64,000 nucleotides of DNA from Amphiscolops sp. MND2022 (Eukaryota): NCBI GenBank assembly GCA_964187785.1, contig OZ076409.1, positions 77,812,001 through 77,876,000 on the forward strand, written 5' to 3'. The position numbers and the translations under genes were made by a program. This document shows, in pieces, positions 1 to 13,900 of the stretch (its first letter is position 1; each line of letters opens with the position of its first letter). Under the pieces are notes generated by a model that saw only the letters and a program-made list of their open reading frames with translations, made no database searches and was not told the origin of the DNA.

Positions 1-2830
1 AACCTGCAACGCTCATAAGTGTCCGAATCCCTCAGGGTTGATAGACTGGGTAAACTGTAGGCTTTGCACCGGATGTGTTCTTATAAAATGCGCCAATAAA
101 TCAAAAACGGAGGCCGGGAGCCTTGTCGAACTTAAAAGTTGTAGGTGCTCTTTAGTGAACACCATCCCTCAGTCTCACGATGATAGCTTTAGACCAGACA
201 CCCTTTTTAATTCAAACGTTGTTCACTTGAAAAATTCTCAAAAATTCACTGATCCCCCTAGCTGAAAACTTGATACCGAACATTAATGATATTGGTGAAA
301 CCCCGTCAAACAATGCCCTGAGGTGCCTATTGCTCTCCTCTCTATGTTGTTTGTTGCAAAAACTGCCTCAAGTCATCACTCAGTGCAATTGTCAACAAAC
401 GTATTCGGGATGGTGTCATTGAGAAAAAAAACCGAAACGCGACAGAAAATCGCAGCAGAAATGCGACTTAGGTTGACGACTGCGTTCCATTTGCACTAAA
501 TTAGACAAAGATATTGCTAAGGCCGGAATCAGAATCGCAGTAGGCGACGACAAAATTGCAGATCTCACAGTCAACAACTCTGCAGCCCTAAAGCTGAAAC
601 ATCCGCAAAGGGAAACTTGCTCTGTTCCGGACCCCACAGATACCAATTGTTTTGCTATCTCGGAGTTTTTTTTATCTTCAAGGCTCCCTTGGCGAACGGC
701 TCTAGTGCAGGGTTGAATGGCATTTCGCCCAAGTTTTGAGAAGTTTGTCTGCCAAATCGAACGGGCAAACTGGACTGATTTTTCCCAGAGCCTTAACAAA
801 TTTTTTGAATGTGATTCTCGAAGGAAAAGTACCGTTCGAACTTCTGCCGTACTTCGTTGGTGCGAAACTAATTGCGCTAGAAAAGACCAAAGGAGGACTT
901 TGTCCTATTGCTGTAGGCAATACGTTCCGCTAGTTATGCGTAAAAAATGCCGGATACCATCTCTTCGAATCACGTCAAGCACAATACGGAAGTCGACAAG
1001 TAGTTGTAGGCACCAAAAGGGGCGCTGAATTGGCCTCACATGTTATCCGTTGTTTGATAGAAGGCCCCCAATTCAAAAACATCGTAGTTTTGAAAATTGA
1101 CTTTGAAAACGCTTTCAATTTGATAAACCGACAATCCATGCTAAAGAAAACTTTTGAAATACACCCTGAAGTTTATAAGAACTCACACTCGGCGTACAGT
1201 CAGCCAAGTTTTCTTTTTTACGGTGATTCAGTAATCAAATTTTGTGAAGGGACTCAGCAAGGAGATCCTGAGTCTCCAGCGTTTTTTTCGGATTCCGTTC
1301 AGGGTCTGATTGACAGTTTGGAGTGGGAAAAAACTTATGGAACCTTGACGATGGAAATTTAAGTGATGATTACAGGACCGTTTTGAAAGATCTCGAAAAA
1401 AAATTGTTGAAGCGGAAAAAACGCTGGGACTCAACAGTAAACTCTCCAAATGCGAAATTTTTTCCCTGGTGACATCACTGAAAAACGCCGATGGACAATT
1501 TTAGCATCTTTCCAAAAATTTTGCCCCGGGATCAAAACACAAAAGAAAGATGAACTTATCAGTCTTGGTTCACCGCTCGGCCTGAAATCTTAAGCAGACT
1601 TTTGGAAATCAATTATTGAACTGGTAAAAGTTAATGGAATTGTTGAAAAACTAGATGCGCACTACGGTTCTTTGATGTTGAAAAGATGCTTCAGTCTGCC
1701 AAAGTTGTATTTCCTGAGAACCAGTACATGTTTTAATCGTCCAGCTCGCTTGGAAAGGTATGACAAAACCGTATGCAATGGGCTTCCCAAAATGTGTAAC
1801 GTCAACTTCGACAATATTTCGAGTACTCAGCTAGCTCTGCCCGCTGAAATTGGTGATTTTGAGGTCTCAACTGCATCAATATTAGCACTTCATGCCTTTT
1901 GGTCTCAGCCTTCGGTGCGAGTGACTGTCTTACGACGATTTTCTCGGAAATATTCGATAATATTTTGTTTACAAAAGCGCTTGAGAAATGGTTGAGTTTG
2001 ACGAATGAACAAGAAAGTCCTCTCGATAGGACCCAGAAAAATTGGACACAACCAGAAAAATTGGACACAACGTCAAAACGCACAAGAATTGATTTCTAGA
2101 ATGACAAACGTTGGAAAGTTTTTAACGGTCATCAAAGCTAATTCGGGTCTCAATGGCTGGACAACCTAGGCCTCAAACTTGATAATCAGCAGCTTCGGAT
2201 TTCAATTGGGTTACATCTCCCAGCCAGCATTTGTGCCACTGTGATAAAAGAATGGAACGGGACGGTTTACACGGTCTTTCTTGCACCAAAAGTGCTGGTT
2301 GCTTCTCACGTCATGCTACTCTCAATTCTCTCATAAAGCAGACGTTGAGATCTCTCGACTTGCATTCAGTGCTCGACCCGCTTGAACTGTACCGAACTGA
2401 TGGTAAACGCCCAGACGGCGTTACCATGATTTCTTGGAATATGGATGAACAGCTGGTGTGGGATGTCACAGGTGTGGATGCCCTTGCACCCAGTCGCTTG
2501 AATCAAGGCTCTTTATGCAATCCGGGAACCACCACCACCGAGGCTGAACCGCATAAAATTGAGAAGTATCGCAATTTAATAGACAATGGATACATTTTTC
2601 TACCGATGACATATGAAGTACAGGGTTCTTTAGGCAAAAGCAATAAGTTTTCATCAGGCGTCTCTGTAAAATGCTCTGTCGTTCGCACGACGATCAACGA
2701 GCTGGCAGCTTTTTGAAGCAACGAATATCAATGGCTTGTCAGATCGGCAATGCGGCCCATGTTCCAGAAACTGTGAGCGACAGTGATGCGTTCGAAGTAA
2801 TTTATTCCATGTAGTTTCTTTTTTAAACCT
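1..2830 (+). mobile_element. Decayed CRE-like non-LTR retrotransposon (RT plus restriction-like endonuclease), probably cut at the 5' end by the window edge
   Basis: Frameshifted pieces appear in the expected order: GAKLIALEKTKGGLCPIAVGNTFR, KIDFENAFNLINR, GTQQGDP, (W)NLDDG at ~1338-1355 (the YxDD region). These are followed by CHC..HGLSC..SRH, KRPDG..WDVT (RLE) and QRISMACQIGNA, with a stop at ~2812-2814. Confidence 0.85.
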
Positions 2831-4833
2831 TTATATCGTTGCAGCTTTAAACATTTCTACCGGTCGACTGGGATAGTGACTGGTATCAGTATTTTGTTGG
2901 TTGTATTCTCATTACTAGTCTTCAGGGATGGTGGCTGGTATGGTGTTGCAGACATTCGTTGCAGACCACAGGTGTCTGTCTTCTCCCCCCCATCAATATG
3001 ATACTCATGGCACTTGATTAATGACGAAGATCCATGATATCTGATAGGGGCATTATTGTTCGTAATTGGTGCGCTGGCTTACATTTTATCCACTTACATG
3101 TTTAAACTGAGAAAATTTCAGATGAATGAACTCTGAGTACGACGCGAAAAAAAATGCAAAAAAGATCTTGAAAACAATGATTTTGAAAATGTTTGAAGTA
3201 TCGTTTTTCGAAGTATAATCAATTTATCCAAAAGAGCAATATAATCATCAACTAGCAAGCTGTCGCATATATGAAGCAGCTATGTTTACAATACTATTCA
3301 AGATTACTTGAACGTTTCACAAGTTACATGGAAACAAGCAGATTTATTTTTTACAAAACATGGAAAGTCCCGGGAGCATACAAGGAATCAATTTGTAGCA
3401 TTACGGTGCCAAAAGTGGGTTAGCACACTTTTGTGATACTAAATTACCAAAATTTTACCACTAACATACAATTAAACATGTAATTCATTGATTTTCAGTT
3501 ACTTCCGCTGTGGCATGTTTTGGATTTCACTAGCATATCTAGCTAATGAACAACTATGCGTGCACAGGAATCCAATGCTTTTAACTGCCAACTAAAGTGA
3601 ACCAATCGTGTCAGATTATTTCAATTTTCAACTGAAACCGCTGAAAGTAACACTGGAATCAACATTGGCTGGTGGTGTGGATTCCAGTTTCAGTTGTTTG
3701 AGTATTCGTGTTGTTTTAAATTGGCGATGAGACTGTGGTGTTCCGCGCCAAATGTGATATTCGACCACTTGATCTGCTTCGATTTGATTACAATGACCCC
3801 ATTGCCTAGCAACTTTTCAAGGAAAATGACAAATTCCAGCCTTTATTCGACTGACGGAATCATCAGAACACTTACCTTTCAAAACAATCATCTTTGCGTT
3901 GTGGTGTATTCAAATAATCAGTACTTTTGTATTGACTTCACTTTGCTAGCGATTTAAACAATTCTTGTAATAGATACAAATATTTTCGTACAAACAAGAC
4001 CCCGTGATTAGCAATTTCAGCGAACATTTGCAAGGTCTTCATCTATAGCTAGATGAGGTTTCTTTGAGAACAATAAGTTGAATTTCATTCAAGTCAATTC
4101 GAACACTTGGTATCCACTCTCAGTCAATGAGTCAAATGAAATTTGAAAAATAGATATACCTATATTACAGGCCAGAGCTGTGTGAACTATTGGTGCCCAC
4201 CATGAGTCAACCGAAGAGAGAAAACAAGTTACAATCAAACTAAAGCAGTGCGAGTTCGACAAAAAAGCATTGATAGATTTGAAAAATCAGTAGTAGGATG
4301 TTTGAATCATATGAATATGTTTTGAATCGTTCTATTCGTGAAGTTTTTACTGACTGTGAAAATTGAATCGCACAAAGGAGCACGTGAATCTAGAACTTTT
4401 TGAGCTCCGCAAAACATGATATCCTCTTCTTTTGGAGAATTGATAATTTTACTAGGTGGTATGGAATGGAAACAGTGTACTCCACTAAAACGCCGCATTG
4501 AATTCTATTGAGACAATTCAGTGGAATCAGCTGCAAGATTCGCATTTTCAAAGAAATAGATAGTCCAATCCAAGACACGCAGGAAATCTACCAAAAAATG
4601 GAATGGACGAACATCTGAAAAACCCACATTTGGCACTGAAAGTTTTATTATTGCAGCTTCGACTATTTCAATTAAAACTGAAAACTTTTTCACTTTTTCA
4701 CCCTCGCAATCCCTTTGTTTTCACAATTAAGTTTTTCAAGTAGGAACTTTATGTAATTGCCGTTAGTCAAACATCGCGCTGGATATTCCTTTTCATGAAA
4801 ATTGCGGTACTAAACACGCGACCCTTTCTTAAT

Positions 4834-7220
4834 GTCATACACGCATCCACTATGCCAAGCGCTTGTAATTGACCAACATAATTTTCGAACTCTATCTACT
4901 GTCTCGAAACCAAGGACCTGTGTTTCATAATCACGAATTTCCATCATCTCGTCGTACTTGCATTCAATACTGGATTTTGGAATCAACAAAAAATTGATAA
5001 AAATGCGCAATGACTGTCTTTGGATGCAAATTTGGAAACATGATTTTCGAACCATTTTTTGTGCTTTTTTTATCATACTATGCGAGATTGCTTGAAGGTT
5101 TTACATGTTGCATAGAAACATGCAGATTTAATTGTTAACAAAACATGGAAAATCCCGTGAACATACAAGGAATCAATTTGTAGCATTACAGTGCCAAAAG
5201 TGGGTTAGCACACGTTTGTGATACTAAATTAGCAAACTTTTACCACTAACATACATTAAATTATGCAATTCGCTGATTTTCGGTGGTTTCCGCTGTGGCA
5301 TATTTTGGATTCCACTAACATATCTAGCTAATGAACAACTATACGTGCACAGGAATCCACTGCTTTTATCTGCCGACTGAAACGAACCAACCGTGTCAGC
5401 TCATTTCAATTTTCAGCTGGAACCGCTGAAAACTACAGTGGATTCCACTTTGGCTAGTGTGGATTCAAGTTTGAGTTGTTTGAGTAATCGAGCTGTTCTA
5501 CACCGCTGATGAGATTGTAGTGTTTCGCGCCAAATGGGACATTCTACCATTTGAGCAGCTCCGACTTGATTACAATGACCCCATTGCCCAGTAACTTTTC
5601 CAGGAACATGATAAATTCCAGCCTTTATTTCTCCAAAAAGTCACAAAATTCCAAAAAAACTAAAAACAGCACCTTAAAGCTCTCTAAACGTTTTTTTCGA
5701 ACCTACACTTCAAAAAAACTTGTGATGCCTGTTTTTGAATCGAAAAAAACTGCACAGCGCTAATGAAAACAAAATAGGTACCACTTGTTCTCGTTTACAT
5801 TTGTGAAAATGGAAAAAAAATTATGCATCCTGGAGTTCGAAACTGCGCCTCTAACTTCAACGTCATACACGCATCCACTATGCCAAGTGATTGTAATTGA
5901 CCAACCTAACTTTCGACATCTAACTACTGTCTCGAAACCAAGTACCTGTGTTTCATAATCACGAATTTCCATCATCCCGTCGTACTTGCATTCCATACTG
6001 GATTTTGAAATCAACAAAAAATTGATAAAAATGCGCAAAGACTGTCTTTGGATGCAAAGTTGGAAACATGATTTTCGAACCATTTTTTGTGCTTTTTTTA
6101 TCATACTATGCGAGATTGCTTGAAGGTTTTACAAGTTGCATAGAAACATGCAGATTTAATTGTTAACAAAACATGGAAAATCCCGTGAACATACAAGGAA
6201 TCAATTTGTAGCATTACAGTGCCAAAAGTGGGTTAGCACACGTTTGTGATACTAAATTAGCAAACTTTTACCACTAACATACATTAAATTATGCAATTCG
6301 CTGATTTTCGGTGGTTTCCGCTGTGGCATATTTTGGATTCCACTAACATATCTAGCTAATGAACAACTATGCGTGTACAGGAATCCACTGCTTTTATCTG
6401 CCATTTGAAACGAACCAACCGTGTCAGCTTATTTCAATTTTCAGCTGAAACCGCTGAAAAATACAGTGGATTCCACTTTGACTAGTGTGGATTCAAGTTT
6501 GAGTTGTTTGAGTAATCGAGTTGTTCTACACTGGTGATGAGATTGTAGTGTTCCGCGCCAAATGGGACATTCTACCATTTGAGCAGCTCCGACTTGATTA
6601 CAATGACCCCATTGCCCAGCAACTTTTCCAGGAACATGATAAATTCCAGCCTTTATATCTCCAAAAAGTCACAAAGTTCCAAAAAAACTAAAAACAGCAC
6701 CTTAAAGCTCTCTAAACGTTTTTTTTGAACCTACACCTTCAAAAAATCTTGTGAAGCCTTTTTTTAAATTGAAAAAAACTGCACAGCGCTAATTAAAACA
6801 AAATAGGTACCACTTGTTCTCGTTTACATTTGTGAGAATGGAAAAAAAATTATGCATCCTGGAGTTCGAAACTGCGACCCTAACTTCAAGGTCATACACG
6901 AATCCACTATGCCAAGTGATTGTAATTGACCAACCTAACTTTCGACAACTAACTACTGTCTCGAAACCAAGTACCTGTGTTTCATATTCACGAATTTCCA
7001 TCATCCCGTCGTACTTGCATTCAATACTGAATTTTGAAATCAACAAAAAATTGATAAAAATGCGCAAAGACTGTCTTTGGATGCAACTTTGGAAACATGA
7101 TTTTCGAACCATTTTTGTGATTTTTTTATCATACTATGCGAGATTGCTTGAAGGATTTACAAGTTGCATAGAAACATGCAGATTTGATTGTTAACAAAAC
7201 ATGGAAAATCCCTTGAACAA
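4834..7220. repeat. Tandem duplication with a ~1028-bp unit (~2.3 copies), plus a more diverged partial copy at ~3330-3850
   Basis: gtcatacacg(c/a)atccactatgccaag recurs at ~4834, ~5862 and ~6891. catggaaaatccc recurs at ~5143, ~6172 and ~7200. A related catggaaagtcccggg lies at ~3360. Confidence 0.9.
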
Positions 7221-7225
7221 AATCC

Positions 7226-7465
7226 TCTCTCTTACTCTCTCTCTCTCTCTCTCTCTCTGTCTATANNNNNNNNNNNNNNNNNNNNNNNNNNNNNNNNNNN
7301 NNNNNNNNNNNNNNNNNNNNNNNNNNNNNNNNNNNNNNNNNNNNNNNNNNNNNNNNNNNNNNNNNNNNNNNNNNNNNNNNNNNNNNNNNNNNNNNNNNNN
7401 NNNNNNNNNNNNNNNNNNNNNNNNNNNNNNNNNNNNNNNNNNNNNNNNNNNNNNNNNNNNNNNNN
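7226..7465. other. (CT)n microsatellite followed by a 200-N assembly gap (7266-7465)
   Basis: Seen directly in the sequence. Confidence 0.98.
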
Positions 7466-7784
7466 TGTATGTACGAATATATATAATATATTCATATTGG
7501 AATCATATCTGCACTTAAAAAAGAAAACATATTCGAACCATTTTTTTGTGCCAGTTTCATGGTTCATGTAGTGTTTCAAACATATCTTAAGCTGAAGTTT
7601 GATCGTGAATTGATTTTTAAATATCACGGATCTTAACAATTTGAGTTCCCGAATTAGTTTTTGAGGTGATTTTTCTCCGGGCGAAATATTTTTTCTCCAT
7701 AAAGAGTGCTCATGACTTTTTGCACGCGTCTGTTTCAGTGTGCAGAAAATGCTCAGCTGCATGGTATTGCACAGATTTAGTCCT

Positions 7785-8604
7785 TGTCGCTGCCCAGTAG
7801 CTGCGTGGGGACCGAATTGCACCAGTAGTTGAAGGCAAACAGAGACAATCATTGCATAAAAACTCCAAAAACTCTCAATGAGAAAATTTCTTTGCCTTAT
7901 GCATTTTCAAAAAAGTCATGTAAACATCCTAAATAGCAGTTATAATATGAGTCTTGTTTTATACGTTGCAAAGTGCCCAAAGTAGAAGCAGATTTAGACG
8001 CATGTGCTTAACTATTGAACTGATGACTAATAGGTTACATAACAACATCATTTTTCAATTCTAACTTAGCTCAAGAATCATTCATGCTAATGACAATACG
8101 TCATTATGCGGTTCGAGACCTGATGAATACTCAAAACTATAAGTGTTTTATAACAACACTATGCGGCATTCTACGGATCAATGCCTGACGATTACTCGTC
8201 ATTATACATTTTAGTTAAATGCGGTGCTCTGCGTTTTGACAATTGACGATCACTCGTCAACATTCGTTTTTCGCTTGATAGTCATCCAATGTAGTCAGTG
8301 CTGTTATACTTTTGATTTTTATCCCTAATGGTAACTGTTGTGAGGTTTTAAATATCTTTCTGGGTTCCGTAGAATCCAAATTTTGATTCTGCGTGTCAGA
8401 CTATGGAATGTAAATAGTAATGAAGTTTTAATGATGTAATTCGGTTTTCTAGTTCTCACAGTTTTTCAGGTTTTCAGAAACAAAAGTACAATGAATCAGA
8501 ATCAGTCGAGAAAAAAATTTCATCGAAACCAATTGCTCAAAATCATCACTCTCCCTGATAACTTTGTAAAAAGCAGTTTAGTTCAACAGTTGTTCCTTTT
8601 CTTC
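7785..8604 (+). repeat. 5' LTR of the old Gypsy element (3'-truncated)
   Basis: Aligns closely by eye with 21834-~22655 (tgtcgc..cccagtag..gaccgaa..caccagtagttgaaggcaaacagagacaatc...), then breaks off. Confidence 0.85.
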
Positions 8605-9803
8605 AAAAAACTCCAAAAACTCTTGGTTTGTTTCGGAATTTGGCATGGATTCCAAGAAGGAATGAACAAATGAAAAATAATATGACTTCAATCATACAGA
8701 ACCAAGGGGTTAGGGGGATCGAAGTCCGGATCAATTCTAGGATCTCGATCGAAATGAGAATCAGTGATCTCACATTCTTCCACACGGTTTCGCTTCCGAG
8801 GCTTCTTTTTTCTCTGCTGCACTTTCCATTAGCAAACTGTTCAGCAAACGCTTCAGGAATTGGAGCTTCGAAAGCAGGAAGCATCTTCGGCTCTGACCGT
8901 GGGTCAAAGGTTTAATAACTGCCAAGCGACTCCAAAGGAATCAACTTTGACTCATCGGATTTAGATGTGGAACACATTGTCCGAAAGTAGCAGACTACAA
9001 ATCATGATCTTTGCAAGTATGAACTTGATTCTTGCAGTAAATCCTTCCTAGCCAAGCATCACACCCTAACTTTGTCCAATTTCAATGTGATCATAAAACC
9101 CTTGCCCTCAATTGGCTAAGCCCATTTGTGCGTTTTCTACGCATCAAATGCCCTCTCAATTAATAGTATTTACTTTCATGACTCTAGCAATGCACTGCGC
9201 TAATTCAGTTGAATTGCATAAATTATGTAAACGAACAACAGTGCTGTTACGTTCAAGCAACGTTTTCAAACATTTTGATCTAGAACAATGGTGACAAATG
9301 TTGCTTTCATTTGCAAATCTTCCGAATCTAGAAATGCACGTAATGATCCCTGCAAGTGCTACTAATTCATTCCTTCCAACTGAATTCTTCTGAAAGTTCT
9401 CTCATGTATATCCCCAAATTCATGTTTGAATTCGATTATTTAAAAGTAAAAGCATTTGTTATTGTAATTGTTTTGTTTGTTTAATTTCCTGATGAAGTTT
9501 TTGTTGTTAATGATTATGTTATTGATGAGAAGCTGTAATGTTTCTTTTTGTTTTGATTTCACAACCATTGAAGCCTAGTTCTAGTTATTACCCTATCGTC
9601 TAGATAGTGCAGGAACGCTAGTTCTCTTTCTTTGCTGGGTCAGTACCCATTTCGGTGTGCAGGAACGCTCAATAGAAAAGGTCTGGTTTTCTTCTATATG
9701 TCAAGCACAGTGGTTGTCATTTCAAACTCAAACTCAAGTTTGTCTTGGAATATCCAAATCCAAATGGTTCGCCGATCAACTTTTGGCAATCAAAACTGCT
9801 TAC

Positions 9804-10672
9804 TGTCTCAACCCCCTAGGCTGTGGCGGTAACACAATGAGAAACATTATTTGCCTTATGCTTTTTCCAAGAAGTAATGTAAACATTTTAAATAGCAGTT
9901 AAATAACGAGTCTTAACTTAAACGTTGCAAAGTGCTCAAATTAGACCCAGTTTTAGACCCATGTACTTAAATATTGAACTGATGACTAATAAGTTACATA
10001 ACAACATCATTTTTCAGTTCTAACTTTGCCAATACTCATTCATGCTAATGACTGTACGTCATTATGCGGTTCGAGACCTGATGAATACTCACAACTATAA
10101 GTTTTTTATAACAACATTATGCGGCATCCTACGGATCAATGCCTGACGATTACTCGTCATTATACATTTTAGTTATATGCGGTACTCTGCGTTTTGACAA
10201 GTGGCGATCACACTTCAACATGAGTTTTTCGCTGAATAGTCATCCATGGTAGTCAGTGCTGTTATTCTTTTAAATTATATCCCTAATGGTGTAAAATGTG
10301 ATTTTTTGAAAAAAATCTAGAGTCCCTAGAATCCTTTATTTGAATCTGCGTGTCATACTATGGGATATAAATAGCAATGACGCTTTAGTGATGTAATTCT
10401 ATTTTTGTATTTCTCCTTGTATTACTTCCATAGAAACCAGTGTCATGCTCACAGTTTTTCAGAAACAAAAGTGCAGTAAATCAGAAGCATTCGAAAAAAA
10501 CTTTCATCAAAAAATCAGTTGCTCAAAGTCATCACTCCCTGATAACATTGTAAAAGCAGTCTAGTTCAACAATTGCTCGCTTTCTTCAATCTCTTGCATT
10601 TAAAGATACCTTCGTATCATTCAAATTCTTGACTCGACAAAGTTCTATTGTCAGTTGAGCGAAAGGGGAAAC
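9804..10672 (+). repeat. Third, more diverged LTR copy of the same family
   Basis: Starts tgtctcaacc, in the same 'LSQ' frame as the other junctions. It shares blocks such as ttgaactgatgactaat and cattatgcggttcgagacctgatgaatactc. It ends at ttgagcgaaaggggaaac (the gag start) and then jumps to pre-pol sequence. Confidence 0.75.
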
Positions 10673-10949
10673 ACACATCCACTGAGCCCAAAACCCACAA
10701 AAATATCAAAACTTGAAACTGATTAAGCAACGACAAACTCTCAACAATCAACACCAGAAAACCAACCAGAAGACATACACGACCTCTTACATGATGCAAC
10801 AGATCACCAGATAACTACTTTGCAAACCCAAAACAGACAACTCACCCTAACAATGTTTGAACCTACAAAATTCACCACAGTACCCCGCTACCCAACCGTG
10901 TCACAATAAAATTTTCTTGCAGTGACAAAAACAAACTCTTCTAGATGAA

Positions 10950-13900
10950 GATGTCACTGAACGTATACAGTTTGAGAGAGAACGAATTTTGTCATACCTC
11001 CCAATTTCGACATCCTTAACATTGAAACGGAAACGCCACATGTATTACATGCCGATGGACTTGAAAAGTTCACACTTGATGGTGTAATCGACACTGGAGC
11101 TCTAGCCTGTGCAATCTTCGAACAAGACCTCAACAAAATCAAGTTGCTTGCAAACGAAGCAATAAAAGACACTGGCCCCGCCAAACTTCCAAATTATGGT
11201 GTCTAATGGCTATCTAGAAGTTCCGTTCGGTTCGGTACTACTCGAAATTGAAGTGGCGGACTTTATGTTAAAGGGAAAACTTCATAGTAAAAAAATCGCC
11301 TATTGGATTTTGTTTCCTTCGACGGAATACTGCAAATTTCGACGTCACACAAGTCAGCTTAACATTTCTTTTCCCACCAATGCAACTTAAACCCGACACC
11401 CAAACAGCAATTCGACAAGCCACAACCTAGTTTGCAGAAAATACCTACACCCTACAACCAGGCAAAATACTCGCCATTGAAACCGAAATGCACCACTTGA
11501 TGGATCATGAGGCAACCGGAATAGTCACCCAATCACAACAATTTGAAAACCACGATAGCATCTTCATCACAGCGTCACTCAGCACTGTTATTAACGAAGC
11601 TCTCGGGTATCATATCATCAAGTTTTCCGAATTTCCCAATACAATAACTCTTGACACCCATCTAGCAGATTTCAAGGTACCCAATTCAGAACAAATTAAA
11701 CACATTCAACCAGTAGACCCAGCGTTGCTATACTTCATGATACAACATGACGATACAACAGAAGTCTATATCAGCGATCTCCTCAAAGTACCCCAGCCAC
11801 ACTCAGAGCAGGAAACATATTGGTTCCCTACATTTGAAGTACCAGGCGATCCAGCTACATACACCGCAATTCAACAAAGGGTATACAATGATTTTCTCGA
11901 GTTGAAAGAACTCAAAAAACTGAATCCACATGATAACGAAACATCCAGAAAAGATTTCTTTCAAACTTCAAATGGTCCGATACAACACACAGCCCAGACG
12001 AACAGGAAGAAAATAAAGAGATCTTCATCGAGTTTCACGATATCTTTGCTTGACATCTTTTTGATATCGGCACAAATCATCAATTCAAAGTAAACCTAGC
12101 ACCCAATGATGACAGACCCGCTTACAGCCAAAGTCTGCCTACTCCGATTAATCGCAGAGACGACATCACGGTAGAACGTGGACTTCTACCCAAGTATGGT
12201 ATCATAACAACACTACCATTTTCAAAATATGTCAGCCTCATTTTAGCACAACGCAAATCCAATGGGCGCCTCAGACTCCATGTGGATCTCCGAAAAATCA
12301 ACACCCTGATCACCGAAGAATTTGTCAATAATGACCAGCCAGTCATCACCTTATCGGATGTAGTCCAACACATGGAAGGGAAAAAAACACTTTTCACCAA
12401 ATTGGATTGCTCCCACGCTTACAACTGACTACAAATGGCAGACTATAATTCCATTCAAATGCTTGCCTTCGATTTTGCGAGCTGAGCTTTTGCGTACCGC
12501 CGACTCCTTCGAGGGCTTAACAGACCACTCTCTGCATTCTCAAACTTTATGATGACAACAGCATAAAGGCCAAAGACACAAAACTGTCGTGAAAAATATC
12601 AGAACTGTTTTTGAATGCACACGCAAGGCAGAATTGAGATTTTCTATGTCAAAATGTCATTTTCGAGTCAAACAAGTCATTTTGGGACGAACTACCACAC
12701 CCGATGGAGTCGCCCCTCAAGAAGACAAAGTGAAAATCTTCTTGTCAAAACTCGAATTTCCCAAATTGAAAAAAAAGCACTACAACGGAACAGAGAAGTC
12801 CTAAACTATCACCGAACTCACGTTCCATGCGTTTCAGAACGACTAATTCTATTTTTCAAGCTCTTCAAAGAAGTTCGTACCCTCGAATTTAGGAGAAGAC
12901 TTCACAAATCTGAACAAACTCCTCGGAAAGGCTTGCCAATTAGCATCGAAACAACCACCTAAAAAAAACAAACAAATCATAGTCATGCTCAATGCAAGTT
13001 CTACAGTTGCAGGATAAGCCAACATGATAGGAGATGACTCGACCCAAAAACTACAATCCAAGCGCAAAACATACGCACCCATAGCATTTGGCTCAAAAAC
13101 TTTCATCACAAAGGAAACGAAAATGTCAAATTGTGCGAAAGCATTCCTTTCCATATACTTTGCATTTGTCAGTTTGGAAACCTCCTGTGGGGAAGTACCT
13201 TTCCAGTCATCGTGTTTACCGATAGTAGATCAGTAACCCAAATTTTCCAAACTAAAATGATTCCTCCAGCACTTTGGAATGCATGTGATTTTGTATTACA
13301 AAACAATTTTGTATCCGCCCGTGTTGCCCGTTCAATGAACACCGCAGCAGATTTTTTATCTAGCACCGAAGTAGACCCAAGTGAAAAAATCAAAATGACT
13401 ATTCGGAACGTCGTTCACACAAAAGCAATTGAAGCAAGTAGTCAATCATCTGGAATTGTCGAAGAAGTTCAAAGCTACGTTCTCCCAGGCCATGAATTTG
13501 ATAAAAACCAATTTTCGGAAGAAACTCAAACTGTGCGAAATCAACCACAAACAGAAACACACAATGATACAACAAATGCAGCCTCAGAACTTAAACAAGT
13601 CCATAAACCTGCATCAGGATTTCATGCACCTCAAGATACTTCAAGGACAACGCAGGAATCAGACTTGAGCAAAACAACGTCATAGTACTCAGAACCTGAG
13701 AGCCAAAATCGAAGGTCATCCTATCGATGAAATCGGGTTGGGTTCCAATTATCGGTACCAGCATTACCAGAATAGAGATTAAACAGGAAGCCTTTACCCG
13801 AAATTGTTACACAATTACAGGGACCAGATCACACTACCAAATCCTTTTGCCAATACAACTACTAGAAGAAATCCTAAAGGCCCTGCATGGTCACAATTCA

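Noticed and set aside
7188..7852. ORFs containing X runs
   Set aside because: Artefacts of translating across the N gap.
8605..9600. Coding insert within the old 5' LTR
   Set aside because: Only stop-ridden frames with no recognisable domain; its origin cannot be assigned.
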